Part shown: positions 37,164 through 44,863 of the stretch, in pieces | Position numbering within the stretch: position 1 is the stretch's first letter | How the letters are laid out: every line of letters starts with the position of its first letter | Origin: an uncultured Planctomycetaceae bacterium | GTDB lineage: Bacteria; Planctomycetota; Phycisphaerae; SM23-33 | Direction of reading: 5' to 3' | NCBI GenBank assembly: GCA_964428895.1 | Contig: CAYRZU010000005.1 | Coordinates: 1,798-65,797, forward strand | Length of the DNA: 64,000 nucleotides | Translations under genes and position numbers: made by a program | The notes under the pieces: generated by a model | What the model was told of the DNA's origin: nothing | The model's database searches: none | The model's input: only the letters and a program-made list of their open reading frames with translations

Positions 37164-38368
37164 GACGGCGCTCCATCTTGCGGACGATCGGGCGTGCTGT
37201 CCGCCGATTCGGCTTCGGCCTCTGTGCCGATGGGCACGTCCCGGGCCGGCTGCGTGGTCGGCTCACGACCATCGACAGAGACCACGGCCACCTCCTGGCC
37301 GTCCGAGACGTAGTGGTGGCCCCTGATGATCAACTGATCGCCGGTGTCGACGCCGCTGGTAATACGGATTTCCTGTCCGCGGATCATGCCGAGCTTGAGG
37401 ACGCGCTGCTCAGCCTTGTCGGCCGTGACGACATAGGCGATGTGGTCCTCGTCACGCGGAATCAGGGCCAGCAGCGGCACGGTGATGGCGTCGGGGATGA
37501 CCTGCCGGGTCAGCAGAACGTCGACAATCTGCCCCGTTCGCAGGAGGCGGTCGTCGTTGGGAACACTGACCTCGACACGGCTGGTGAAGGTGCCCGGGTC
37601 GGCCAACTGACTGATGTAGGTGATCGTGCCGTCGAAGTGCATTTTGCCGCCATAGTGGTTGGCGACGACTTCCACCTTGTCGCCCATTTCGAAGTAGCCG
37701 ATGTCGAGTTCCGGGATGTCGACCTCGACCTTGATGGTGTTCAGGTCGACGATCTCGGCGACCAGCGTGCCGGGCTGGAGGTACTCGCCCATTTCCACGG
37801 GTAGGCGGTTGATCTGCCCGTCGATCGGCGCTTGGATGGTGCTTCGCTCGAGTTCGGCGGCGGCGGATTCGGCCAGGGCCTGGTAGCTCTCGGCCTTCAT
37901 GCGGGCCTGGTCGACCTCCATTTGCGTGGCCACCCCCTTGTCCCGGGCGCTCTGGATGCGCTCGAAGTCGCGTTGGTTGTACTCGGCCTCGGAGCGGAAG
38001 CGGTCGTATTGGGCCTGGAGGAGGTCGGTGTTGAGTTTGGCGATGACGCACGCCTCCGGGCCGCATGTGACCTGCTGACCTTCTTCGACCGAGATCTCCT
38101 CGATTCGGCCGGCCACTTCGGCCGCCACGCGTACCACGCGGTTGGGCTGGGTGACCCCGGGCAGCTTGATGCTGTCGCGCAGTTCCGGGATGGCTTGAAC
38201 CGTCATGACCTCCACGGGCGTCTTGGCGGTGGTTGACGCGGTGTCCTCGGGCTTGCTGCAGCTAGCGCCGCAGGCGATCAGAACGGCCGAGACTAGCACC
38301 GCAGCGGCCCTGGGCGGCCAGATGGGGGCCTGGGTGTGATTGGGATGTCTATTCATGGTGGCCACCAT
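37160..38368 (-). CDS. RND efflux periplasmic adaptor (MFP), probable lipoprotein
   Basis: 402 aa. 'AVLVSAVLIACGASC' lipobox-like signal, then lipoyl/hairpin/beta-barrel pattern ('VEEGQQV', coiled-coil hairpin, 'IQAPIDGQI'). Alternative start at ATG 38356. Overlaps the tetR 3' end. Confidence 0.9.
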   Translation of the reverse strand: MVATMNRHPNHTQAPIWPPRAAAVLVSAVLIACGASCSKPEDTASTTAKTPVEVMTVQAIPELRDSIKLPGVTQPNRVVRVAAEVAGRIEEISVEEGQQVTCGPEACVIAKLNTDLLQAQYDRFRSEAEYNQRDFERIQSARDKGVATQMEVDQARMKAESYQALAESAAAELERSTIQAPIDGQINRLPVEMGEYLQPGTLVAEIVDLNTIKVEVDIPELDIGYFEMGDKVEVVANHYGGKMHFDGTITYISQLADPGTFTSRVEVSVPNDDRLLRTGQIVDVLLTRQVIPDAITVPLLALIPRDEDHIAYVVTADKAEQRVLKLGMIRGQEIRITSGVDTGDQLIIRGHHYVSDGQEVAVVSVDGREPTTQPARDVPIGTEAEAESADSTPDRPQDGAPS

Positions 38369-39020
38369 CGATCGGCTGGAGCAATTGGTTGTCCAGGATG
38401 CCGGTGTCGGCGCCGAGGACGATCAGGAATCCCCGCTTCAGTCGCAGCAGAAACTCCTCGTTGACGAGGATGCCAACACCCAGGATGCCTTGGAGCGTCA
38501 GGCCGTCCAGGACGCCCATGACCACCGAAGCCGCCATGGTCGGCTCGAGCTCGGCCCGAAACTCACCGGCGACCTGGCCTTCGGCAACAATGCCGGAGAT
38601 CATCTCCCGCCACTTGGCGTAAAGCTCATGAAGCATCGACGCCATGGGGCCCCTCTCATCGGACACCTGCGTTTCTCTGGCGGCCGACGTCCAGCACTCC
38701 AGGACCAGCCGACCGATCTGCGTGTGATGTCCGTATAGCTCATACCAATGGTCGAACAACAGCATCAGCCGGTTCACGGGGGAGGGGGCCTGTTCGAACT
38801 GACTAAGGATCTGGCTTTCCTCGTTAGCCATCGACTTAGTGAAAACGGCCGTATAGAGGTCTTGCTTGCTGGCGAAGTAGTTGTAAACGCTCCCTTTGGC
38901 CACCCCGGCTTCGGCGGCCACGCTGTCGACCGTGGCGTCCGAGTAGCCGCGTTCTTCGAAGACCTTGACCGCGGCCTCCAGGATCTGTTGTCGTTTTCCG
39001 TTGGTGTCCGTGTTGCTCAT
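38349..39020 (-). CDS. TetR/AcrR family transcriptional repressor
   Basis: Start at 'MSNTDTNGKRQQILEAAVKVFEERGYSDATVDSVAAEAGVAKGSVYNYFASKQDLY' (ATG 39020). Classic TetR N-terminal HTH. First gene of the efflux operon. Confidence 0.9.
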   Translation of the reverse strand: MSNTDTNGKRQQILEAAVKVFEERGYSDATVDSVAAEAGVAKGSVYNYFASKQDLYTAVFTKSMANEESQILSQFEQAPSPVNRLMLLFDHWYELYGHHTQIGRLVLECWTSAARETQVSDERGPMASMLHELYAKWREMISGIVAEGQVAGEFRAELEPTMAASVVMGVLDGLTLQGILGVGILVNEEFLLRLKRGFLIVLGADTGILDNQLLQPIDGGHHE

Positions 39021-39039
39021 GACAGTGTCCCTTCGTCTT

Positions 39040-39059
39040 GTGACTGACCAGTCGGTCAC
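39040..39059. promoter_or_regulatory. operator O2 (imperfect palindrome) between -10 and the tetR start
   Basis: GTGACTGACCAGTCGGTCAC. Half-sites TGACTGAC / GTCGGTCA are related to the perfect palindrome 14 bp away. Confidence 0.6.
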
Positions 39060-39062
39060 TCC

Positions 39063-39091
39063 ATTATAGGTATGACTGACTAGTCAGTCAA
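39063..39091 (-). promoter_or_regulatory. sigma70-type promoter of the tetR-MFP-RND operon
   Basis: Read on the minus strand: -35 TTGACT (39091-39086), exactly 17 nt of spacer, -10 TATAAT (39068-39063), about 43 nt upstream of the tetR ATG. Confidence 0.7.
39073..39090. promoter_or_regulatory. operator O1, perfect 18-bp palindrome overlapping -35/spacer
   Basis: TGACTGACTAGTCAGTCA is its own reverse complement. A perfect 18-mer palindrome is not expected by chance in 64 kb, and its position is typical of TetR autoregulation. Confidence 0.7.
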
Positions 39092-39144
39092 TTTATTGCG
39101 ATTAATTCAATCATGAAGCCGAGATTGTATTGACGCGGAGGAGT

Positions 39145-39203
39145 AGACAAAGAAGACGCACGCAATATGTTCTAATGTATTAAATTAGAACGCATTGCGT
39201 GCG
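39145..39203 (-). terminator. rho-independent terminator downstream of rpoD
   Basis: Arms CGCACGCAAT..GTTCTAAT / ATTAGAAC..ATTGCGTGCG (10 + 8 bp with a 2x2 internal mismatch, 7-nt loop, 39157-39203). On the minus strand it is followed by TCTTCTTTGTCT. Sits 35 nt after the rpoD stop. Confidence 0.65.
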
Positions 39204-39237
39204 ATGAACTTCAAGCGGCCGACGCCAGGGCCGAGCC

Positions 39238-40956
39238 CTAGAGCTCGTGGGGAGGATTCTTGTCCAGAAAACCTTCCAGCTTGCGGGCCCGAACGGGGTG
39301 TTGGAGCTTCCGGATGGCCTTGGCCTCGACCTGTCGGACGCGCTCGCGGGTGACCTTGAAGATCCGGCCGACCTCCTCGAGGGTGTAGGTGTAGCCGTCG
39401 CCGATGCCGTACCGAAGCTTGATGATCTCGCGCTCGCGGTAGGTGAGCGTCTTGAGGACCTCTTCAATCCGGTCCTTAAGCATCTCCGTGCCGGCGGTTT
39501 CGACGGGGCTTTCGGCGGACTCATCCTCGATGAAGTCGCCGAAGTAGCTGTCCTCGCTCTCGCCGACCGGACGGTCGAGGCTGATCGGATGCCGTGAGAT
39601 CTTCAGCACGCGACGGGCCTCGGAGACACTCATGTCGGCGTCGTTGGCGATTTCCTCGATGGTCGGCTCGCGGCCAAGGCGCTGGACCAGTCGCTTGGAG
39701 ATATTCCGCAACCGGCTCATGGTCTCGATCATATGAACCGGAATGCGGATGGTCCGGGCGTGGTCGGCAATGGCCCGGGTGATGGCCTGGCGAATCCACC
39801 AAGTGGCGTAGGTGGAGAACTTGTAGCCGCGGCGGTATTCGTACTTGTCGACCGCCCGCATCAGGCCGGTGTTGCCTTCCTGGATGATGTCCAGGAAGCT
39901 CAGCCCGCGATTGCGGTACTTCTTGGCGATCGAGACCACCAGCCGTAGGTTGCCTCCGGACAGTTCCCGCTTGGCCTGTTCGTAATCGTTAAAGACCTTG
40001 TGGATGGCCTTGACCCGCTTGCGGAGTGTATCGGGGTCTTCGGAGACCAGATCGGCCAAGCCTTCCAGTTCTTCCTTCATGACCTCGATGTCTTCGGGCG
40101 GCACGGAACCGTTATCGGTTTCGACCGTCCGCTTGAGCTCATCCATCTTCATGGAGATGTGATGGAGCTTCTTCATCAGCGGCTGGACGCGGCTGGTCCG
40201 CAGGGACAGCTCTTCCAGGAGCTTGGCGGCCCGGCGGCGGCGTTGCCATAGGTCCCGCAGGCTGACGCGCTTTGACGTCTCGGACGCCCGGGCGGAGCTA
40301 AGGGTGCTCCAATCGGCCTCGTTCCGCTCGATGATCTTGTCCAGCGTGGCCAGATTGGCCGGCATCCGGGCCATGATGGTCTCTTTGGAGAGATTCTCCG
40401 CGGTGGAGATCTTCATGGTGCGGTCGAAGGGCAGGTCGCCCTGGTGGACCTGCTTGAGGATGTCCAGCGCCTGGACGATGCAGTAGTCGCTTTCGAGCAC
40501 GCGTCGGCGGAAGTGCATGCGCGTCATCTCGATCTTCTTGGCCAGGTCGATCTCCTGCTTGCGCGTCAGTAGGGGAATCTCGCCCATCTGCGTGAGGTAC
40601 ATGCGGACAGGGTCGTCAATGCGGCGCCCGGGGGCCTCCAGATCATCGGCCTTGCTCTTGGCCTGCTTGGTGGGCTTGGGTTGGTCACCTTCGGCCTCAG
40701 CGGTAAAGCCGGTGTCGCGGGAGGCGGCCTCATCTTCATCCAGCAGCTCGATCTTCAGCTCGTCGAGCGTCATCAACAACGCATCGAGCTTGTCGGGCGA
40801 GACGGCCTCATCGGGAAGCTCGTCGTTCATCTCCTCATAGGTGATGTAGCCGCGCTGCTTGCCCTTGGCGATGAGTTTCTTGACGTTGTCATCGAGCGCA
40901 TCGGTGATGACGGTGTTTTCGGGAGCGTTGGGTTTCTGTGCCTGTGCCATAGCCAT
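39238..40956 (-). CDS. rpoD: RNA polymerase primary sigma factor (sigma-70)
   Basis: Start at '[13 protein letters not shown]' (ATG 40956). Region 1.1/1.2, then '[62 protein letters not shown]' (2.1-2.4), 'IRIPVHMIE' (3.0) and '[28 protein letters not shown]'-type region 4.2. Confidence 0.95.
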   Translation of the reverse strand: MAMAQAQKPNAPENTVITDALDDNVKKLIAKGKQRGYITYEEMNDELPDEAVSPDKLDALLMTLDELKIELLDEDEAASRDTGFTAEAEGDQPKPTKQAKSKADDLEAPGRRIDDPVRMYLTQMGEIPLLTRKQEIDLAKKIEMTRMHFRRRVLESDYCIVQALDILKQVHQGDLPFDRTMKISTAENLSKETIMARMPANLATLDKIIERNEADWSTLSSARASETSKRVSLRDLWQRRRRAAKLLEELSLRTSRVQPLMKKLHHISMKMDELKRTVETDNGSVPPEDIEVMKEELEGLADLVSEDPDTLRKRVKAIHKVFNDYEQAKRELSGGNLRLVVSIAKKYRNRGLSFLDIIQEGNTGLMRAVDKYEYRRGYKFSTYATWWIRQAITRAIADHARTIRIPVHMIETMSRLRNISKRLVQRLGREPTIEEIANDADMSVSEARRVLKISRHPISLDRPVGESEDSYFGDFIEDESAESPVETAGTEMLKDRIEEVLKTLTYREREIIKLRYGIGDGYTYTLEEVGRIFKVTRERVRQVEAKAIRKLQHPVRARKLEGFLDKNPPHEL

Positions 40957-41058
40957 AGATCGTCGGTGGGTAATCGTAGAGGGAACCTCGTATTCTACGG
41001 GTGGAAAAGAAAGAGAGTCAACGGAATTTCTTTGGGGACATGAGGCTATGATCGGCAC

Positions 41059-41088
41059 TTGACAGCCTGGGAGTTGAATCTCTACACT
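41059..41088 (+). promoter_or_regulatory. sigma70-type promoter for tRNA-Leu
   Basis: TTGACA (41059-41064), 18-nt spacer, TACACT (41083-41088). The mature tRNA 5' end is 13 nt downstream. Confidence 0.5.
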
Positions 41089-41100
41089 GATCCGCTTCAC

Positions 41101-41186
<86 letters not shown>

Positions 41187-41214
41187 GTTGGTATGGGTGG
41201 CTCCGGTGGCCCAT

Positions 41215-41261
41215 CCCGCCGGAAGGTGGGACAGGCCGGCGGGGCTGCCCATCTTTATTTT
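41215..41261 (+). terminator. weak terminator candidate after tRNA-Leu
   Basis: CCCGCCGG / CCGGCGGG 8-bp stem (41215-41243) with a 13-nt loop. A TTTATTTT tract follows only 10 nt later, so this is not a canonical intrinsic terminator. Confidence 0.3.
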
Positions 41262-41368
41262 CACTCGATTCCCAGGGGATGTTGCAAACCTATCTGCCGC
41301 GCGTGATAATTGTCTCGGACGTTGACCCTCCCGCACTTTAGCGGACCCAGAAGACGGAGATATCGGTC

Positions 41369-41596
41369 ATGGATGCCTCACCTGCCGGCGCGTCTGCACT
41401 TCGCGATCTCGAATCGGAACTGACCGCGGTCCTCACCGAAACCGTTGATGAAGTGGAGCATTCGGAGTGTTTCGACGGTGAACAACGGGCCGAACTGCAC
41501 ACCATTCTCAAGGCCATGCTGTCCGACACGCAGCATCATCGCTACGCGATCGAGCAATTGCTGGGCCAACTGACCAAGGAGGCGGGCGATGTTTGA
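41369..41596 (+). CDS. hypothetical small acidic two-helix protein (75 aa)
   Basis: GC3-biased ORF. Predicted helix-turn-helix hairpin 'ALRDLESELTAVLTETVDEVEH ... RAELHTILKAMLSDTQHHRYAIEQLLGQL'. Its stop overlaps the start of the next ORF (ATGTTTGA). Confidence 0.5.
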   Translation: MDASPAGASALRDLESELTAVLTETVDEVEHSECFDGEQRAELHTILKAMLSDTQHHRYAIEQLLGQLTKEAGDV

Positions 41597-41780
41597 ACAG
41601 GCCATCCTCTCTGAGCAATTCCAGCGGCTGTTGCTGAAGCAACAGGAAGTGACCGAGGCCTATTCGAAGCTGTTGGAAGGGCTGAACGACCCCAAGCTGC
41701 GCGATCAGTTCGATGAGGTCCTTCGGGAAAAGCAGCGTCACGTGCGGCTGTCGGAGCGGCTGCTGGAAATCGTTCCGTAG
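41589..41780 (+). CDS. hypothetical small two-helix protein (63 aa), paralog of the preceding ORF
   Basis: 'LSEQFQRLLLKQQEVTEAYSKLLEGLNDPKLRDQFDEVLREKQRHVRLSERLLEIV'. It shares the block [DE].Q.H....E.LL with the upstream ORF and is translationally coupled to it. Confidence 0.5.
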   Translation: MFEQAILSEQFQRLLLKQQEVTEAYSKLLEGLNDPKLRDQFDEVLREKQRHVRLSERLLEIVP

Positions 41781-41816
41781 CGAGCTGGCCGAACGGGGGC
41801 CCGGTCGGGCCCGAGC

Positions 41817-42920
41817 TTACAGGTCCGCCAATCGCTGGGCGCGGTCTCGCTGGACCAGCCCGTCGATCATCTCATCCAAGTTGCCGGCCAGGATATGCTC
41901 CAGGTTGAAGTTGGCCCCTTCGGCGCCTTCGCCCTTGAGGCGGTGGTCGGTGCAACGGTTTTGGGGGAAGTTGTAGGTCCGCACGCGCTGGGATCGGTCG
42001 CCCGAGCCGATCATTTTCTTCTTGGCGGCGGCGTGTTCGGCGTGCTGCTGGCGTTGGAGGTGTTCGTAGACGCGGGCGGCCAGCAGTCGGCGGGCCTTGG
42101 CGCGGTTCTTGTGCTGGGATTTCTCATCCCGCATGGAGACCGTAATGCCGGTCTCGTGGTGCTCCAGCTTGATGGCCGATTCGAGCTTATTGACGCTCTG
42201 CCCGCCCGGGCCGGATGCCCGCATGGTGTGCTCGGTGACGTCCTTTTCCCAGTTGATGTCGACTTCCACGTCCTCCGGCTCGGGCAGGACCGCCACCGTG
42301 GCCGCGGAGGTGTGGATTCGGCCCTGACTTTCAGTCTTGGGCACCCGCTGCACGCGGTGGCCGCCGCCTTCGTAGCCGAGGCGGGCCCAGACATCTTGGC
42401 CCTTGACGGCCGCCACTGCTTCGCGAAAGCCGCCCAGGTCCGTCGGTGTCGCCGAGAGCACTTCGAACGACCAGCCCTTCTGGGCGGCGTATTGGGTATA
42501 CATTTGCAGCAGGTCGCCGGCAAAGAGGGCGGCCTCATCTCCGCCCGTACCGGCCCGGATCTCCAGGACCAACGAGGCGACCGCGGCGTCATCGCTCATG
42601 ACCAGCAGCCCCTTGACGGCTTCCAAGGCCTCATCGACTTGGCCGGTTAGTTCGTCGATCTCGGCCTGGGCCAGGGCTTTCATCTCGGCGTCGGCCTCAT
42701 CGTCTTCGGCGATGGTGCGGGCCTCGGCGAGCTCCCGATTGAGCTTGTCGTAAGCCCGATAGGGTTCGACCACGCGCCCGAGCTTGGCGTGCTCCTTGGA
42801 CAGTTCCACAATGCGCGTGGGGTTGGTGGCGATCGCCGGGTCGTTCATCTGCTCGACGACGTCGCTATAACGCCGGTCGAGCTGGCGGAGCTTGTCGATC
42901 AGGGTGTCGGATTCGCTCAT
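41817..42920 (-). CDS. prfA: peptide chain release factor 1
   Basis: 367 aa. 'RVQRVPKTESQGRIHTSAATVAVLPE' (RF1-type tripeptide region) and 'SGPGGQSVNK' (GGQ). Confidence 0.95.
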   Translation of the reverse strand: MSESDTLIDKLRQLDRRYSDVVEQMNDPAIATNPTRIVELSKEHAKLGRVVEPYRAYDKLNRELAEARTIAEDDEADAEMKALAQAEIDELTGQVDEALEAVKGLLVMSDDAAVASLVLEIRAGTGGDEAALFAGDLLQMYTQYAAQKGWSFEVLSATPTDLGGFREAVAAVKGQDVWARLGYEGGGHRVQRVPKTESQGRIHTSAATVAVLPEPEDVEVDINWEKDVTEHTMRASGPGGQSVNKLESAIKLEHHETGITVSMRDEKSQHKNRAKARRLLAARVYEHLQRQQHAEHAAAKKKMIGSGDRSQRVRTYNFPQNRCTDHRLKGEGAEGANFNLEHILAGNLDEMIDGLVQRDRAQRLADL

Positions 42921-42998
42921 GAGATGGGTCCGGTCCGGCAGGGCGCAAAAACGCCGACGGCATTGAATGGACCGTCGGCGTTGGAGGTACGGGTGAGG

Positions 42999-43235
42999 CT
43001 ACTGCTTGGCCTTCTTGGCGTCGGGTTTCATGAAGTAGTCCGAGCCAAACTTGCGCTGGAACTTCTCGACGCGGCCGGCCGCGTCGACGAACTTCTGCTT
43101 GCCGGTGTAGAACGGATGGCAGGCCGAGCAGATGTCGACTTGCATGTCGCCCTTGGTTGAGCGGGTGGTAAACGTCTCGCCACACGCACAGCGAACGGAC
43201 ATCTCTTTGTATTCAGGATGAATGTCAGTCTTCAT
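42999..43235 (-). CDS. rpmE: 50S ribosomal protein L31
   Basis: 78 aa from ATG 43235: '[27 protein letters not shown]...[16 protein letters not shown]' (Zn-ribbon type A). The track ORF's 61-codon N-terminal extension was rejected. Confidence 0.95.
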   Translation of the reverse strand: MKTDIHPEYKEMSVRCACGETFTTRSTKGDMQVDICSACHPFYTGKQKFVDAAGRVEKFQRKFGSDYFMKPDAKKAKQ

Positions 43236-43496
43236 GGGTAAACGGCCCTTTGTCAACAATTCGAGCCCAGTAAGATACCGTCCTGGGCCCCCCAGAGCAA
43301 GAGACAATTCGCGTCGTCGGCGGCCCCAACACCACCAAAAGAGGCCAAGGTTCACTGGACGACTCACAAGTGTTGTGCCGATGGGACTGTAACGAGAATT
43401 CGGGCGAGCGACAGCCATGGCTCGAGCCGGTGTAGGCCGAGCAGATGTTCCGTGGCTACCATATCGCCTCGCGACAGTCGCATGGGAGATTCACGT

Positions 43497-43703
43497 ATGG
43501 CCAAGAAGGTTGCCAAGAAGAAGAAAGCCGCCAAGAAGAAGGTTGCCAAGAAGAAGGTCGTCAAGAAAAAGGCCGCCAAGAAGAAGGTCGCCAAGAAGAA
43601 GGCCTGCAAGAAGTGCGCACCGAAGAAGAAGGTAGCCAAGAAGAAGGTGGCCAAGAAGAAAGTGGCCAAGAAGAAGGTCGCTAAGAAGAAGGGCAAGAAG
43701 TAG
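43497..43703 (+). CDS. lysine/alanine-rich histone-H1-like basic protein, (V/A)AKKK repeats
   Basis: 68 aa from ATG 43497, which follows a GGGAG SD by 8 nt. About 13 pentapeptide units with a central 'ACKKC'. A strong intrinsic terminator follows directly. The antisense 'FFLAT' ORF is its mirror image. Confidence 0.7.
   Translation: MAKKVAKKKKAAKKKVAKKKVVKKKAAKKKVAKKKACKKCAPKKKVAKKKVAKKKVAKKKVAKKKGKK
43500..43691 (+). repeat. 15-nt periodic tandem repeat (GTN GCC AAG AAG AAG) inside the H1-like gene
   Basis: Thirteen in-frame repeat units (the first only 12 nt). The Val codon rotates through GTT/GTC/GTA/GTG, while the GCC AAG AAG AAG part is nearly invariant. Confidence 0.9.
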
Positions 43704-43732
43704 CCTTCGGCAACCGATTCACGAAGCACTCA

Positions 43733-43766
43733 AACGGGCCGACCACGTGTCGGCCCGTTTTCTTTT
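43733..43766 (+). terminator. rho-independent terminator
   Basis: Perfect 11-bp stem AACGGGCCGAC / GTCGGCCCGTT, 5-nt loop CACGT, then TTCTTTT. Sits 30 nt after the H1-like stop, between convergent genes. Confidence 0.85.
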
Positions 43767-43844
43767 GGGCGAAACGAGGCGCAAGACAACAGCCCCCGGC
43801 GGCTAGCCGAGGGCTGTCGAGGGTGCGTCCTGTGACCGGGTGGG

Positions 43845-44576
43845 CTACTTGAGGAACCAGCCCAGTTCCGGGTTGGAGCAGGTCGAGTTGGCCCGGGGGC
43901 CGGTGGGCTTGGCCCAACGGCAGGTGTTGGTGATGACCTTCTGGACGTTCTCGTTGTAGAACACCGGGTAGGTCTCGTGGCCGGGACGGAAGTAGAACAG
44001 CTTGCCGGCGCCGCGTCGCCAGGTGCAGCCGCTGCGGAAGACCTCGCCGCCTTCAAAGCTGGAGATCAGGATCGTCTCATCCGGCTCGGGGATATCGAAC
44101 ATCTCACCGTACATCTCGACATGGTCGATGATGAAGTGATCGTCGATGCCCTGAAGGATCTCATGGCCCGGGCGGGTGACCCACAGGACCTCGCGTTCGG
44201 CGACTTCTCGCCATTTGAGGTTGCAGGTCGTGCCCATCAGCTTGGTGAAGATCTTGGAAAAGTGGGCGCTGTGGAGGCAGATGATGCCCATCCCGGCCAT
44301 GACGTGTTCCCAGACGCGCTGGACGACGGCGTCATCGACCTCGCCGTGGGCGATGTGGCCCCACCAGGTGATCACGTCGGTGTTGGCCAGGACCTCGTCG
44401 GTCAGGCCGTGCTCGGGCTCGTCCAGGATGGCGGTGCGGGCCTCGATGTCGTCCTGGGTATTCAGGAAATCAGCAATGTAGGTGTGCATTCCGTCCGGAT
44501 AGAGCTCCTGAGTCTCTTTGGTGACCTTTTCGTGGGCGTTTTCGCCCCAGACGGTAACGCGAATCTTCTCGGCCAT
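43845..44576 (-). CDS. ThuA-domain (trehalose-utilisation-like) protein
   Basis: 243 aa. 'IRVTVWGENAHE', 'DVITWWGHIAH', 'GMGIICLHSAHFSKIF' and 'LFYFRPGHETYP' are characteristic ThuA-family blocks. Confidence 0.85.
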   Translation of the reverse strand: MAEKIRVTVWGENAHEKVTKETQELYPDGMHTYIADFLNTQDDIEARTAILDEPEHGLTDEVLANTDVITWWGHIAHGEVDDAVVQRVWEHVMAGMGIICLHSAHFSKIFTKLMGTTCNLKWREVAEREVLWVTRPGHEILQGIDDHFIIDHVEMYGEMFDIPEPDETILISSFEGGEVFRSGCTWRRGAGKLFYFRPGHETYPVFYNENVQKVITNTCRWAKPTGPRANSTCSNPELGWFLK

Positions 44577-44863
44577 GGGTTTTCCTCCAAGCCTGGTTAC
44601 GGGTTGACACGGAAAGGGGATATATAGCCGCGGAGAGCCCCCTTGCCAAGGCGAGAGGTCGATTTTTCTGCCCGAAATAGCCGATCTTGGAGTAAGCTAC
44701 TGGGTCTAGAATTTCTGCGCAGCCGATGGATGCGCAGGGTACTCCGTATGTGCTGTTGGCGGCCATATGCGGGGCGGAACAGAACCGCCTCGGCGGACGT
44801 ATAAGACGGGTGCGACGCCGGCACAAGAAGGATGACAATCGCGTGAAACGACGCTTGAGTTCA

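Noticed and set aside
40957-41100. 48-codon N-terminal extension of rpoD abutting the tRNA
   Set aside because: The extension ('[26 protein letters not shown]...') is unlike sigma-70 region 1.1 and overlaps the divergent tRNA-Leu promoter. '[10 protein letters not shown]...' is the plausible start.
41781-41816. GGGCCC-ggtc-GGGCCC hairpin between the mini-gene pair and prfA
   Set aside because: The stem is only 6 bp and built from a self-complementary GC hexamer, with no U-tract on either strand. Too weak to call a terminator.
43364-43729. Minus-strand ORF encoding 'FFLATFFLATFFLA...' repeats (looks like a repetitive membrane peptide)
   Set aside because: It is the exact mirror of the AAG-rich + strand repeat. 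The + strand reading has an SD at correct spacing and an intrinsic terminator oriented for it. The minus reading has neither and runs across the terminator.
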